Source: a virus
Taxonomy: Duplodnaviria > Caudoviricetes
Virus record (IMG/VR): IMGVR_UViG_3300048856_000125
Span: 1-42,725 of that record
Length of the DNA stretch: 42,725 bases
Strand: one strand, 5' to 3'
In this document: one piece after another, positions 1 through 10,696 of the stretch
How the letters are laid out: the number at the start of each line of letters is the position of its first letter
How positions within the stretch are numbered: position 1 is the stretch's first letter
Position numbers and translations under genes: made by a program
Notes under the pieces: generated by a model
Database searches by the model: none
Seen by the model: only the letters and a program-made list of their open reading frames with translations
Told to the model about the DNA's origin: nothing

Positions 1-1059
1 TCACAGAAGTCGTATGTCCGAAATACGCTGCCAAGCATCAGCAGCGCCAGATGGGGTCTCCTTGCCGCTTACGGAGAGTATTTGCACGACGGCGCTCGAG
101 ATTGCGCGAAACGCAAAAACTGCCTTGGGTGACGATCCAAACTGACCTGAGATCACGCCCCAGCCAATCGCGGCAGTCGAGAAGGTCCTCGAATAGACCG
201 CATCATCGGATATCGTCACCAGATCATGCGTTTGACGGCTCACGTCATTTCGTCGCCATGGAAACGGCCAACTGGTGGCTCCGGTGACGTTCGTGAGCCG
301 CGTCCATATCTCATCTCCCGCGTAGAACGTTTGATAGTAGCCGTTCTGAGTTGATCGCGCCGTGACCTCCAGAATGCCAGCGTAGCTCGTTAGCGATGGC
401 CCAGACGGTCCGTTCAGCCAATCGCCGCTGATGGTGTAAGTACCCGGTACGATGATGGTGTTGAAGTCGCCGTCCGTCAGCCCGACGTCGGCGAGTGCCG
501 GTCGCGGCGCCCTGCTTCCACCATTGACTGGACCAAGCTTGCCGAGCAAGTCCATCGTGGTGCCAGAGGCAAGGACATCCTTGCCCTTTATACCCGGCGT
601 TCCGAGACCGAGAGCCTCCAACGTCTCCGCATCGTCAGCGGCCGCGAGGAGCGAACGTGCGAATTCTGACAGATCAGTAAGAGCGGCCGAGTTCTCACCG
701 GAAAAATATGGGAGCTTGTTTGCCTCCGGCGATAGGACCGCAAGCGCGGACATCGCGCCCGACCTCAACTCAGAGAGAATGAGGGCAAGATTGCGGCTGT
801 TGTCGTCGAGCGACTTCAGATAGGCAGTGTCGCGCTGAATCCGGTACTCGTATGTACCGGTTGCACCGGTCCAAACCAGTTCCGCCGTGATCTGATCCTC
901 GGCGTCTACCGAAGCAATCGGCATCGGGTTTCCAGGCGCCTGTACGAACAGGTTTCCGCCGGCGATGAGCGCAGTCTGCCAAGCCGTGCCATTGCCTTGA
1001 ACCACGGCGCTGCCGTTCGTCAGGGTGACTGTCCCTGTCGAGTAGTAAGAAGTAGCCAT
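1..1059 (-). CDS. Tail fibre / receptor-binding protein with pyocin-knob-like segment
   Basis: N-terminal [20 protein letters not shown] typical of alphaproteobacterial phage fibres; ANKLPYFSG repeat; [11 protein letters not shown] knob-like motif; follows the tail-tip gene. Confidence 0.75.
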   Translation of the reverse strand: MATSYYSTGTVTLTNGSAVVQGNGTAWQTALIAGGNLFVQAPGNPMPIASVDAEDQITAELVWTGATGTYEYRIQRDTAYLKSLDDNSRNLALILSELRSGAMSALAVLSPEANKLPYFSGENSAALTDLSEFARSLLAAADDAETLEALGLGTPGIKGKDVLASGTTMDLLGKLGPVNGGSRAPRPALADVGLTDGDFNTIIVPGTYTISGDWLNGPSGPSLTSYAGILEVTARSTQNGYYQTFYAGDEIWTRLTNVTGATSWPFPWRRNDVSRQTHDLVTISDDAVYSRTFSTAAIGWGVISGQFGSSPKAVFAFRAISSAVVQILSVSGKETPSGAADAWQRISDIRLL

Positions 1060-1099
1060 TTCGGAGCGTGTCCTTGGAATAGAGTGGAAGCGCAGAACC

Positions 1100-4057
1100 T
1101 CAGCGCTTCCACCAAAGCATTTTCACATTGAAGCTGGCAGTTGGTATGCTGCCGGCGGATTTGTTGATCTGCACCCGATAGGTGTTGGTTCCTCGGACAT
1201 CGTCGACACCGAGAGCCATGCTATTGACAGACCGACTGCGTTCTTCGTTTTCGCCACCCGTCGAGAACGAGAAAGAGTCGCTGTAGACGACTTCACCCGT
1301 CGTAGTGTTGACGAGGCGCATGCGGAATGTGCCCTCACTGTCACTTCCGAGCCTGCCGTTGTAGCTGCCGACAATGTATGCGAGGACGGCGGTGGGGTTC
1401 GGGTTCTGGATGTTGAGCGTGCCGATCGTGGTCCATGTGTTGGGAGGGTCAAACGTCCCGATAGTTCCAGACGCGTTGAACTCGCCCTGCGCGGATACAG
1501 AGTTGTAATCCAGATTGGTGGTTCCAAAGACCGCGTTGTTGATCACGGCATTGTCGATGTCGGCCCATTCAATATCGACGTTGGTGATCGATGCCCAACT
1601 GACCTGCACGTTCTGAAGTTTGAGGACGCCTCCTTCAAACACCAGGGGCAGGAAGCCGGTGGTGCCGTTCGTGACCACGAATTGGTCAGCCATGACAGAG
1701 AAACGAGACCGCTGGACGCCGCCGCTTGTGTAGAGTTCGAGGAAGAAGCCGGTTTCCTTGTAGGCTTGTCCGGTCGTGCCTCGGATCAGCACCGCAAACC
1801 GTGCATCGACGCCACTTTGGTTGGCAGCGACGGCGAACTTGATCAGGCCTTGCGCGGTGATATCTCCGACGGTAGCCGTGAGGGTCTGGGCGGTCTGCGC
1901 GAGTGCGTCTACTTCCGTCGCAACCGACGCCAGTTCCGCCGTCACCGTAGCCTTGTTCTGCTCGAACTCCGCGTCGAGTTCCGTCACCGCCGTTACCGCC
2001 GCAGCAACATCACTGACCACGATGGAAATTTCTTCGGTGAAGCTCGCCTTTGCGTCTCCGAGTTCCTTTGAGAGCGACCGCCGCATGACTTCCGTCGTGG
2101 CGCCCTGAAGCTGCACATCCGTAAGGAGCCGTTCCAGCAGTGGCCGGGTGTCGTCAAGCTCTTCGAACAGCCTTTCGAAGACGTCGAGCACTTCCTTGTT
2201 GAGGTTGTCGAGGTAGACCTCCAGATCGCCACCCCCGCCATCGAGCGAGGTGGCTGTCTTCTCCGGCGACCAGACAGTGACGCGACCCGGCGCGATCGGC
2301 TTGTGCCGGAAGGTATATTCCTGCTCGCTGACGATCCCTTCCTGAATGAAGGTAATGGTCTCATCCGCTTCGACCTGGCGACTGAAGACGTTGTCGGGCT
2401 CTTCGCTCTTCCACCACTGGAATGTGATGCCGGTGACCGACACATCATCGAACGGCGACCAGGACATCCGGAATGCTGGATAGGTCCGACCATCAGGGCC
2501 CACCGTCAGAACCGGAATCGGTAGCCAGTCCGGCAGTTCGTTCAGGTAGACAGGCTCGCCGCTCGGGATCGGAACGACGGGCGGGAGAACGCCCGCACCG
2601 GCATAGATATCGCCATCACGCTCCTGGAGCGAGAGAACCACATTGCGCGGTCCGTCACTCGTCAATGCACGGATTGAACGGCTCTGCACGATGTAGACGC
2701 GGTTGCCGTAGCGCTCCGAGTTCCAGCGAACCCAGTCCCCTACCCGCACATCCTGGAAGCGCGGCCGCAGAACGATGTCGGCCGTCGCCTCATAGCGGTT
2801 CTCGTTGTAGTAGATCGAGGCGAGCTGGTTGGCCTGTCGCTTGGAAGGCACCGTGTCGAAGTCGATCGACATATCGCGCGTGCGACGATCCAATGCCACC
2901 TGGCTCGAATTCGTCTGTGTGTCGTAGCCTGCCGGGCTCCACATGTTGGAGGGCTCCGGATAAGTGCCACCAACCGAGTTGACGAGATCGGCCATGGAGC
3001 GGCGGCGCTGAAAACGCACCGGCTCGCTCGTCACCAGATCCTGGTCCGTGAAGGTTGCAACAATCGGCTGGTCTGTCCCGATCAATGGCCAGGAGCCGTC
3101 GACACTGTCGATGACCATGCCACCGCAAGCCTGCATCAGGGCATCGATGTTATTGCCGTGATCAACGTCGCAATCGAGCAGGATGGAGCAGCGATAGCGC
3201 TTCTCACCCGATACAGTCTCATCGCAGATGTTGGCGGCGATCGCATACTTGTCGATCGGCAGGTCTTCCGCGTCCATACCCATGCCGCAGAACAGATCTG
3301 GCCGACCGGAGGCATCCTGACCCCAGATGAAGCCTCGCCGGTAGTTGTAATCCACCACAACCGGGTTTTCCGTAAACTCATAGGTCGAGTAGACGCCCCA
3401 GCGATGCGAACCGGAGCCACCTGCGGTGCTATCCTTTCGGAAGTCATAAAGACGGGCACCGCGGATCTCGAAAAAGAACTCCGGAAAGCTGTTGAGCTTC
3501 TCCTGGTTATAGGTGAGCCGGGCAATCAGGTAGCATTCACCAGGGCCGAGATGCTCTTCGGTCCAGCGGCCTGATGGATTGGCATTGTTCACCAAATCAT
3601 CATCGGCCGATGTCTGGGTGCCGTCATAGAAGACGAAACTCATCCGCCCTTCGTAATTGCCACCAACGACCGTAAACGTCTTTCCATCGTCGGTTTCGAG
3701 GTCGAGCTGCTTGCCTCCCGCCCAGATTTTCGACAACCCGTCGCAAGGGAAATCCGAAAACACATAGAGCTGCTCGAGGTATTTGTTCGATCTGCCATAG
3801 GTGTTCACGTAAACATCGTGCCCGGCAATGCCGACATACCCGCAGGCAACCTTGCGGCTGATATTCTCGCCATATTCACGATCGAACTGAGTGCCGGATG
3901 CCTGCTTGGCCGCCTTCTTCGCGCTGTTCGTCTGGATCTTGCCAACGACGAAATTGATCCCGGCGCCGATCGCCGCAGTGGCAAGAGCAGCACCGATCGT
4001 GCCGGCACCGAAGACGACGCCGGTTATGGCCCCAATGGCCGCTGAGATGAATGGCAT
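1100..4057 (-). CDS. Tail tip / host-specificity protein (gpJ-like)
   Basis: 985 aa; [12 protein letters not shown] motif, coiled-coil region, [11 protein letters not shown] (DUF1983-like) C-terminal segment; position in tail module. Confidence 0.85.
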   Translation of the reverse strand: MPFISAAIGAITGVVFGAGTIGAALATAAIGAGINFVVGKIQTNSAKKAAKQASGTQFDREYGENISRKVACGYVGIAGHDVYVNTYGRSNKYLEQLYVFSDFPCDGLSKIWAGGKQLDLETDDGKTFTVVGGNYEGRMSFVFYDGTQTSADDDLVNNANPSGRWTEEHLGPGECYLIARLTYNQEKLNSFPEFFFEIRGARLYDFRKDSTAGGSGSHRWGVYSTYEFTENPVVVDYNYRRGFIWGQDASGRPDLFCGMGMDAEDLPIDKYAIAANICDETVSGEKRYRCSILLDCDVDHGNNIDALMQACGGMVIDSVDGSWPLIGTDQPIVATFTDQDLVTSEPVRFQRRRSMADLVNSVGGTYPEPSNMWSPAGYDTQTNSSQVALDRRTRDMSIDFDTVPSKRQANQLASIYYNENRYEATADIVLRPRFQDVRVGDWVRWNSERYGNRVYIVQSRSIRALTSDGPRNVVLSLQERDGDIYAGAGVLPPVVPIPSGEPVYLNELPDWLPIPVLTVGPDGRTYPAFRMSWSPFDDVSVTGITFQWWKSEEPDNVFSRQVEADETITFIQEGIVSEQEYTFRHKPIAPGRVTVWSPEKTATSLDGGGGDLEVYLDNLNKEVLDVFERLFEELDDTRPLLERLLTDVQLQGATTEVMRRSLSKELGDAKASFTEEISIVVSDVAAAVTAVTELDAEFEQNKATVTAELASVATEVDALAQTAQTLTATVGDITAQGLIKFAVAANQSGVDARFAVLIRGTTGQAYKETGFFLELYTSGGVQRSRFSVMADQFVVTNGTTGFLPLVFEGGVLKLQNVQVSWASITNVDIEWADIDNAVINNAVFGTTNLDYNSVSAQGEFNASGTIGTFDPPNTWTTIGTLNIQNPNPTAVLAYIVGSYNGRLGSDSEGTFRMRLVNTTTGEVVYSDSFSFSTGGENEERSRSVNSMALGVDDVRGTNTYRVQINKSAGSIPTASFNVKMLWWKR

Positions 4058-4516
4058 CTATCGAACCTGATATGCTCGCTTGACCGCCGTCACCGGCAGG
4101 AACTGGAAATCGTAGCCGGTGATTATCTCCACCCGCCTATTCCCTTGCCGCTCGACACGTCCGTAGATGGTGCGCACGGCAAAGCCGGCCGACGTGAAGA
4201 CACCGCACGAGATGCGGCCCTCGCGCTCGATCACACCGACATCGCCACGTTGTGCCGACAAGGGGGCGACAGGCTCGCCGAGGGCACCCGCGAGAGCCTC
4301 CTCCACGGTTTCCTTGTATCCCGCCTTGCGGAAGACCCTGTAGCCTTCTGCCTCAGTTGAATACCCGCGCAGGTGCGACAAGACAGTCTCGCCGGTAACC
4401 GCCTCGATCGCATCGAGAGCCATGATCCAGCAGTCGGACCTGCCCCACTCACCGGGCAGCGCCTGATGCTTCGCCACAACCGCGTTGAGGCGCTTCTCCC
4501 ACTCAGGATGTCTCAT
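4058..4516 (-). CDS. Tail assembly protein, NlpC/P60-like (DUF6950-type)
   Basis: Start at MRHPEWEKRL; WGRSDC and AQRGDVG motifs; lies just upstream of the tail-tip gene. Confidence 0.75.
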   Translation of the reverse strand: MRHPEWEKRLNAVVAKHQALPGEWGRSDCWIMALDAIEAVTGETVLSHLRGYSTEAEGYRVFRKAGYKETVEEALAGALGEPVAPLSAQRGDVGVIEREGRISCGVFTSAGFAVRTIYGRVERQGNRRVEIITGYDFQFLPVTAVKRAYQVR

Positions 4517-4529
4517 CGGAATGCCTTGG

Positions 4530-5171
4530 CTATCGAACAAACTTCTTGAAGGGATCGCCCAGACTGACGCCGCCTCGCTTGGAGGGCGTAGCATTGCTGT
4601 CCTTGCGACCCCAGTAGACTTCGACGCGCCCCGCCTTGCCGGCGTGTTCGAAGAACTTGTCCCCCGGAGCCCGTCGGCGCTGGTCTGCTGTCGATCGAAC
4701 CCTGCCGTTCTTGCGGCTGTAGTCGAGCTGCCGCCCCTCGCACTGTGCCGTAAGGGTATAGCCGTGATCCGGATCCATCGAGTGCTCGATGACGTCGAGG
4801 TAACCGCGGGCGACCGTCTCGACCTGGAGCAGCTCGCCAGTGTCTGGATGGAAATGGGCATCCATCACCCTGACGGGACGATCCCGATAGTCTTCGCTCT
4901 CGATCTGTAGGAGAACGTCCGGCGTCAGCCCGTCATCGGGACTTTCTGCCAGTGTCAGCGTAAACCCGCCCTCGGCGGTTGTTCCCGAGCCGCCGCCGAG
5001 GTCAGACACCTCAATCAGGCCGAACGGCTTGTATTCCACCCCCTGCCATGTGAGCGGCTCGCTGCGGGCGATGAAGCCATAGATGCCGGAACCGAACTGA
5101 AAACGGATCATCTGGCGCGTGGAAATGCGGCCCTCATCGTAGAGGGCGCGGACTTCTGCAGAAAGGCTCAT
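4530..5171 (-). CDS. Minor tail protein (gpL-like / DUF2163-like)
   Basis: 213 aa; QRRRAPGDKFF motif; coupled to neighbours. Confidence 0.7.
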   Translation of the reverse strand: MSLSAEVRALYDEGRISTRQMIRFQFGSGIYGFIARSEPLTWQGVEYKPFGLIEVSDLGGGSGTTAEGGFTLTLAESPDDGLTPDVLLQIESEDYRDRPVRVMDAHFHPDTGELLQVETVARGYLDVIEHSMDPDHGYTLTAQCEGRQLDYSRKNGRVRSTADQRRRAPGDKFFEHAGKAGRVEVYWGRKDSNATPSKRGGVSLGDPFKKFVR

Positions 5172-5806
5172 CGCAGCACCTGATAGGCATCGAAACTAGC
5201 AGGAGTAAGATCGGCAGTTTCGGAGAGGCTCCAGCTTTTCCAGTCAATGACGAAAAGTGCTCGCGGACGCCAAAGACGCGCCACCGCACCTGATGAGAAG
5301 TAGCTTGCGTGCGGGAACGGCGTCACCGTCAGGCTTATGACCCCGGAGCTATTCGCCGTCGCCGGGTTGAGCACCTTGTAATAGCCATATCGGCTATTCT
5401 GCTCTATCCCCACCCTGTCATCAGGCAGAGCCTGATAGCCGGACGGAATGCCGGAAATCGTCAGGGCGCCAGCAGTTCCCAGGGAACTGACGATGCCGGC
5501 GCCCGACCAACCCGAAAATATCTCAGCGGCTGATTTCGCATAGCGGTAGGCGAGCGGCGCCGCTCGGGCAATGTCATAGGTCCGGATTCTGTTTAGACCG
5601 CCCCGTAGGGAATCCTTCCAAGCGCTCCATGTCTGCTTCTGCGGCCGATCAAGGCCCCAAGTCTCGACGTGAACTTTCCACACCGGGTCACTTACTTGGG
5701 TTAGGTTGAATGACATGCCACGACCGAACGGCGAGGATGTCACGCCGTCCAAAAGATTGAATGTGCATTCTACGAGCTTGGAAGATGGCAGATCAAAAAC
5801 GGCCAT
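5168..5806 (-). CDS. Distal tail protein (putative)
   Basis: 212 aa directly downstream of the tape measure gene, with overlapping stop/start. Confidence 0.65.
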   Translation of the reverse strand: MAVFDLPSSKLVECTFNLLDGVTSSPFGRGMSFNLTQVSDPVWKVHVETWGLDRPQKQTWSAWKDSLRGGLNRIRTYDIARAAPLAYRYAKSAAEIFSGWSGAGIVSSLGTAGALTISGIPSGYQALPDDRVGIEQNSRYGYYKVLNPATANSSGVISLTVTPFPHASYFSSGAVARLWRPRALFVIDWKSWSLSETADLTPASFDAYQVLR

Positions 5807-7890
5807 CAGATCTTTCTCCGCTTCTGAGCGTCCCGGACACCATCGACAATCTTCCCAGGCAGTTCCTTCCGGAGGTTCTCCAACTCTCGACGCACACGCG
5901 CGAGCTCGACGGCATCTGCTCCGGTGGCGTCGATGTTAATCGGAACAGATACACTCACATCCCCGGGGCCCGATTGCTGGCCGCTGCCGTTCTGGTTGGC
6001 AGCACTCAAGATCCGATGATTGGGAATGACCTCTTCGCCGCCCTTGAAGCGCACGAGTTCCGGCCCCTTCTCGCCAACCCAGGCAAGGCCAGGACGTGCG
6101 GCAGGCGTTCCTGCTGCGTAGAGGCCTATGCCCGGCTTTGAAAGGAAACCGCCGGTCCCGCTGCCCCCAAATAGACTGCCGAGGAAGCCAAAGAGACTGC
6201 CTCCGCCGCTTGAGCCGGCGCTGTTGACTTGGAACAGCGCGTCTAGGACGTCGTCGAGCAGTTTGTCCGTAATCCGATCTAAGACGCCGAGTGCGGCATC
6301 GCCGAAGGATTTCCAGACGCTTTCACCATTCTTGAGCCCGTCGCGGAAGTCATCGAGGAACCCACGCGTGGTATCCTTCGCGAATTCCATCTGCTCCTTG
6401 ATGGCTTTCGTGCCGACTTCCAGTGAAGCCATCCGCTCTGCAAGACCGGAGAGCTCTGCCCGCTGGGAAGCTGTAAGGGTTATGCCGCGCTGCTGGGCCT
6501 GATTGAGCGAGTCCGTTTCATATCGCAGCTTTGCCGAAGCCTGCTCAGTCAGTCCGAGGGCCTCTCGCTCAGCCTGTAGGGAGGAGATGCGGCGGTTCGC
6601 GCCATTGACGATGTCATCGTACCTTTCGCCTTCGGTCTTGCCGCGCGAGCTCTTTGCCTTCCCGTCTGTCGTTTCCAGCCACATGGCCAGTTCCTTGAGC
6701 TTCTCGGATACAGCAGATGCTCCCCGGCTAATTCCCTCTCCGAACTCACCGAGGTAATCGCGGCTGAGTGCGTCCTGCACTGCTCTATTGCGAGCGTCGA
6801 TCGCGCCGCCGAGGTCACCAAAACCGCCGTCCCAAGGAGCAATGACGTCGCCAACATCGCCGATGGTTTTCATCTGAAGAGATTCCGGAAGAGCGCTATT
6901 GGCGTAACTGATCAGGGCATCAATGCCGGTGGCCGCCTGCTTGACCATCTCATTAACGCCCCGGATCACAGCATTGACGGCACCTTCGATGGCTTTGCCG
7001 ATGATGTTCCCAAAGTTGTTCCATACGAACTTGATGTCTTCGTAGGCAGCCACGAATGACCCGATGACGAGGTTTGCACCACGCTTTGCGTTCGCAACAA
7101 TGTCTCTCCCGAAGATGTTGGCCAGCTCATCCCTGAAGATGATTGCGGCGGCGACAGCCGCTGTGATGCCCGCAATGAATGCAAGTGCTGGGTTTGCGAG
7201 CGCGAAGGCGACAGTCAGCATTCCAAGCTGCGTGACCAACCGACCGAGCCAGGCAATCAAGCCGATGACTCCACCGATGATCGTTGGCGCGTACAGCAAA
7301 GCCAACGCAGCCGCCACAGCAACCGCATAAGGAGCTATCTCATCAAGGATGTCGGCGAGTCCGCGAAGGGCAGAGGCGGCAAGCTTGGGCCAATCAACCA
7401 TCTGAAGACCAGCAGCAACAAGCGCAACGAAGCCGATCGTGACGAGCGAGAGCGGAGACAGCAACGAAAGGAATGCACTTCCGAGCGCCCGAACCGGGTT
7501 CTCCATCGTACTCATAACGCCGACAAGCTGCGTACCCTGCTGGAGCGCGATCTGCAGCGGGCTCATAGCCATCGCAGCCGAGACGGCGACGTCCTGAAAC
7601 TGCGCAGCGATGTTCGCAACGTTGGCGCGATTGCCGGCTCCCCGCGCATTCTGGTTGCCCGCGCGGTTCATCATTTCAATCTGCTTCGATGCATAAGCCG
7701 CAGCAGCGCCCTCGCGAGCGTATGCCTGCGCGGCCGACGAAGCCGCACCGCTGGCGCCCCTATTCGCTGCGGCCAATCCTTCTGTTGAGGCGCCAGCTCG
7801 AGCGGCAGCGCCGGAGAGATTGTTCAGGCCATCCGTATTCTCCTTGATCCTGCGGTTAGTCACCTCGATGCCGAGCTTTGCGACGTCCAT
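5806..7890 (-). CDS. Tail tape measure protein
   Basis: Start MDVAKLGIEV; NIAAQFQDV...ALQQGTQL lambda-type TMP motif; Ala/Gly-rich; C-terminal VGEKGPEL; about 694 aa. Confidence 0.9.
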   Translation of the reverse strand: MDVAKLGIEVTNRRIKENTDGLNNLSGAAARAGASTEGLAAANRGASGAASSAAQAYAREGAAAAYASKQIEMMNRAGNQNARGAGNRANVANIAAQFQDVAVSAAMAMSPLQIALQQGTQLVGVMSTMENPVRALGSAFLSLLSPLSLVTIGFVALVAAGLQMVDWPKLAASALRGLADILDEIAPYAVAVAAALALLYAPTIIGGVIGLIAWLGRLVTQLGMLTVAFALANPALAFIAGITAAVAAAIIFRDELANIFGRDIVANAKRGANLVIGSFVAAYEDIKFVWNNFGNIIGKAIEGAVNAVIRGVNEMVKQAATGIDALISYANSALPESLQMKTIGDVGDVIAPWDGGFGDLGGAIDARNRAVQDALSRDYLGEFGEGISRGASAVSEKLKELAMWLETTDGKAKSSRGKTEGERYDDIVNGANRRISSLQAEREALGLTEQASAKLRYETDSLNQAQQRGITLTASQRAELSGLAERMASLEVGTKAIKEQMEFAKDTTRGFLDDFRDGLKNGESVWKSFGDAALGVLDRITDKLLDDVLDALFQVNSAGSSGGGSLFGFLGSLFGGSGTGGFLSKPGIGLYAAGTPAARPGLAWVGEKGPELVRFKGGEEVIPNHRILSAANQNGSGQQSGPGDVSVSVPINIDATGADAVELARVRRELENLRKELPGKIVDGVRDAQKRRKI

Positions 7891-7948
7891 GCTCTTTACC
7901 TTTCGGGCGAACGGAAGCATCGGCCCGGCTTTTACCCGGGAGGAGTCG

Positions 7949-8262
7949 ATGCGCTCAATTTTGATTTTGTTGCTAACATCTGGAGCGGTCTGGGCTGACG
8001 ACAAAGGGAAGGCCGTGCAGACCGCCGCTTTCTGCATTCGACAGCTTTCCACTGCCAGAGAGTGATCTCATCGGAGCCTGATTATCAGCAGGCAATCACT
8101 ACCGGAAAATTGAACCTGGTACGGGCCTACTACTCAGAGAAGGAGGCAATAGACGTAATTGCCTCGATCACCTCGAAATCGGATTAAACACCGGACCCAG
8201 ACGGCAAACTCACCGAAGGGCTTTGCCGCGATATGCTAAAGCGCCTGAAACCGACGAAATGA
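7949..8262 (+). pseudogene. Decayed exported-protein moron (signal peptide, frameshift near 8062, internal TAA near 8185)
   Basis: GGAGGAG RBS; MRSILILLLTSGAVWA signal peptide; a protein-like continuation in another frame (VISSEPDYQQAITTGK...SD*TPDPDGKLTEGLCRDMLKRLKPTK*), then a hairpin. Confidence 0.5.
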
Positions 8263-8310
8263 AAAGCCCAAAACGGGCTAAACAATCAGATGGAACAATT
8301 CAACGCGCTG

Positions 8311-8339
8311 TTGATTTATACACACCGGATGTGTATATC
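8311..8339 (+). promoter_or_regulatory. hicAB promoter with inverted-repeat operator
   Basis: TTGATT-N17-TATATC overlapping the perfect repeat TATACACA-N5-TGTGTATA (8317-8337). Confidence 0.7.
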
Positions 8340-8345
8340 TATGGC

Positions 8346-8534
8346 ATGAAGAGCGGCGACATTATCTCGGCATTGAAAGCAGATGGTTGGTACGAAGTAG
8401 CCACCAAAGGTAGCCACGTTCAATTCAAACACCCTGAAAAATCAGGTCGAGTGACTGTCCCTCACCCAAAGCGGGATATCCCGATCGGGACGCTAAAGAG
8501 CATAGAACAGCAATCCGGCATGAAAATGAGGTGA
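8346..8534 (+). CDS. hicA: HicA family toxin (mRNA interferase)
   Basis: 62 aa; KGSHVQFKHP...RVTVPHPKRDIPIGTLKSI signature. Confidence 0.95.
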   Translation: MKSGDIISALKADGWYEVATKGSHVQFKHPEKSGRVTVPHPKRDIPIGTLKSIEQQSGMKMR

Positions 8535-8539
8535 AACCC

Positions 8540-8980
8540 ATGCGCAACTATATCGGACTTATCCATAAGGACGCTGATAGCGACTACGGCGTTTCCTTTC
8601 CTGATTTTCCTGGCGTCGTCACCGCCGGCACCGATCTGGATGACGCTCGCCGTATGGCTGAGGAAGCGTTGGCTCTTCACGTCGAAGGTATGATCGAGGA
8701 TGGCGAAGCCATTCCAGAACCTTCAAGCCTTGAAACTGTCATGGCTGATTCAGACAATAAGGACGGAGTCGCAGTCCTCATCCCGCTCAAGGCCGAAAGC
8801 AAGAAGTCTGTCCGCCTCAACATCACTCTGCCTGAGGAGGTATTGAAGGAGATCGATGCCTTCGCAGAAGCGCATGGCTTTACGAGATCCGGGTTCCTCG
8901 CCCTCGCGGCGAAACGCGAAATCAGCTCCGCAAACGATCAGAACGAGGGGAATGCGCGAGGATACGCCCTCTCAGCGTGA
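8540..8980 (+). CDS. hicB: HicB family antitoxin
   Basis: YGVSFPDFPG...A..AL..H N-terminal domain plus RLNITLP...ID ribbon-helix-helix; downstream of hicA. Confidence 0.95.
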   Translation: MRNYIGLIHKDADSDYGVSFPDFPGVVTAGTDLDDARRMAEEALALHVEGMIEDGEAIPEPSSLETVMADSDNKDGVAVLIPLKAESKKSVRLNITLPEEVLKEIDAFAEAHGFTRSGFLALAAKREISSANDQNEGNARGYALSA

Positions 8981-8986
8981 ACAGTG

Positions 8987-9011
8987 ACCCGAGGTAACCC
9001 CTCGGGTTTTT
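8987..9011 (+). terminator. Intrinsic terminator of hicAB
   Basis: ACCCGAGG-loop-CCTCGGGT followed by a T-run. Confidence 0.8.
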
Positions 9012-9022
9012 CATTTGCGCGA

Positions 9023-9394
9023 TCACCCGCTCTCGCGCTCTCTGATAGCTTCTGCCTCCCGATCGATTTCCACACAATACCGGCAGTCCATCGCGCGGAG
9101 AACCGATATTTCCTCCCGCCTCAGGATGTTGCCTGTGATCTGCAGCCAAGCCAACAGTTCGGCATTCGAGACAGGATTGGCGCCATTGAAGCCGGACGCC
9201 TGCCCTGCCCTGATCTCCCAGAACCAGTCCCAGAGGAAGGCGCCGGCATCCGGAACGTCAGCCTCTGGGCTGTCAGTACAGAAGCTTTCGTTCCTTTCGC
9301 GCCGGGTCTCGCCTTCCTTGTCCTTGATGCAGTCGTACCGGGCAACGACTGCTACGGCTTCACAGAGCCTTTCTCCGAGCTCTTCGTAAAATTT
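9023..9394 (-). CDS. Tail assembly chaperone gpT part, reached by -1 frameshift (not in the ORF track)
   Basis: Open -1 frame after the slippery site A AAT TTT: YEELGERLCEAV...FLWDWFWEIR...ELLAWLQITG...RESG*. Confidence 0.85.
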   Translation of the reverse strand, partial: KFYEELGERLCEAVAVVARYDCIKDKEGETRRERNESFCTDSPEADVPDAGAFLWDWFWEIRAGQASGFNGANPVSNAELLAWLQITGNILRREEISVLRAMDCRYCVEIDREAEAIRERESG

Positions 9395-9753
9395 GCGCGG
9401 TCCTCGGAGGCTGCTGCGACCTGGTCGTAAATCCAGCCCGCTTCGGAAACCACTTCACGCGCAGCCTCAAAGGAAAGCTCTGGCTTCGAACCCTTCCAGT
9501 TGTGATCACCCCAGTCCCAGGACGCAATGGAAGCCGCTGCCCGGTCGAGATATTCCGCCTCGACTTTATCCGTCGTCAGTTTCTTCTTCCGGCTGGAGAG
9601 GAACTTGTCGGAGTGCTGCCGCACCACCTTCTTGACGGCATCACTTTCGGATGACCGGATCGTGAGGCGTATGCCGAGCGGCTCCTCGCTCTTCGGATCG
9701 ACAAGGTTGAGCTCGAAAAGGTCTTCCGAGTTGACGAGTTGGGAGATGTCCAT
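9352..9753 (-). CDS. Tail assembly chaperone gpG
   Basis: 133 aa after the major tail protein; ends DRANFTK at a slippery heptamer. Confidence 0.85.
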   Translation of the reverse strand: MDISQLVNSEDLFELNLVDPKSEEPLGIRLTIRSSESDAVKKVVRQHSDKFLSSRKKKLTTDKVEAEYLDRAAASIASWDWGDHNWKGSKPELSFEAAREVVSEAGWIYDQVAAASEDRANFTKSSEKGSVKP

Positions 9754-9762
9754 GGTGCCCTC

Positions 9763-10254
9763 TTACGGCGTGGTGTCTTCAGGATTGACGCGGATGGGAA
9801 GTTGATTGAGCCCGATCGTGTAGCGGGCCAACTCGAAATCATCGGAGCCACCGCCGGGATAAAGCGGGCCAGACACGACGCCGCGGCTGTAAAGGATCGT
9901 GTTCGACCAGCCCTCTTGCGGCTTGTCGTTCCGCTCGATCTTGATTGCGATGTTGTTCTGGTTGAGAGGATCGCCAAAGGTCCGGAGGATGGTCTGGCCA
10001 GCGTCATCTGCGATGTCAGCAACCTCGATCTGCGGGTCGCCAGCATTCGCCGTACCCTTCTGCTTCTGCGTCACAGCCTCATCCAGCGTGTTGTAACTGT
10101 TCATCGTGGAGTCGGCGCCAAAGTCTCCGATATTGCCGACCTTACCCACCTGGACCCAGGTCAGTCCCTCGAATGCCGTTTGGGTCACGTCGCTGTTCTG
10201 GGGATCGGCACAGACAAAGACCTTGCTGCCCTTCTTCGTTGATTTGTTCGCCAT
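9763..10254 (-). CDS. Major tail tube protein
   Basis: WVQVGKVGNIGDFG and KQKGTANAGD motifs; position. Confidence 0.85.
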   Translation of the reverse strand: MANKSTKKGSKVFVCADPQNSDVTQTAFEGLTWVQVGKVGNIGDFGADSTMNSYNTLDEAVTQKQKGTANAGDPQIEVADIADDAGQTILRTFGDPLNQNNIAIKIERNDKPQEGWSNTILYSRGVVSGPLYPGGGSDDFELARYTIGLNQLPIRVNPEDTTP

Positions 10255-10257
10255 GGC

Positions 10258-10683
10258 TCATGTCTCCGATTCGAAGGCGATGTACGGGATGGAGACGGGA
10301 ACCCTCATGCGGTCCACGTCTTTGAGTGGGCTTGCTGCCCAAGGCTCGCTGCTGATCGTGATCTTCACGCCAGTGGCGAATAAAGTCTGGTTCTTGAAGC
10401 GCTCGATGATCTGACCGGCGACGTCGAGGGCTTCGGTGAGCCCGATGCCAAGCGGCCACATCACCGACACCTGCATGATCCCCCGCTTCTGCTGCGGGTC
10501 GTCACCGATTGTGATCTGCCGGGTTTGGTTGGGCAGGAATGTGAGCTCGATGAACTTGCCGGGTTTCGCCTGGCCGGCGGCGGGGAACGTGACGTTCGGA
10601 CCGGCGATCGGCAGGATGTTCGGCATGGTGCGCAAATGCGTTGCCAGCGCACTGAAGATGATTGCCTCTGTTCCCGTCGCCAT
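10258..10683 (-). CDS. Tail terminator-like protein (DUF4128-type)
   Basis: Start MATGTEA; RGIMQVSV.WP motif; precedes the major tail gene. Confidence 0.75.
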   Translation of the reverse strand: MATGTEAIIFSALATHLRTMPNILPIAGPNVTFPAAGQAKPGKFIELTFLPNQTRQITIGDDPQQKRGIMQVSVMWPLGIGLTEALDVAGQIIERFKNQTLFATGVKITISSEPWAASPLKDVDRMRVPVSIPYIAFESET

Positions 10684-10696
10684 GTACCGATTGCCC

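Noticed and set aside
1-4057. Diversity-generating retroelement or invertible tail-fibre cassette
   Set aside because: No reverse transcriptase, invertase or template/variable repeat pair seen in the window
7891-8052. N-terminal extension of the tape measure ORF
   Set aside because: Antisense to the decayed moron, out of register with it and not coupled; MDVAKLG is the more typical start
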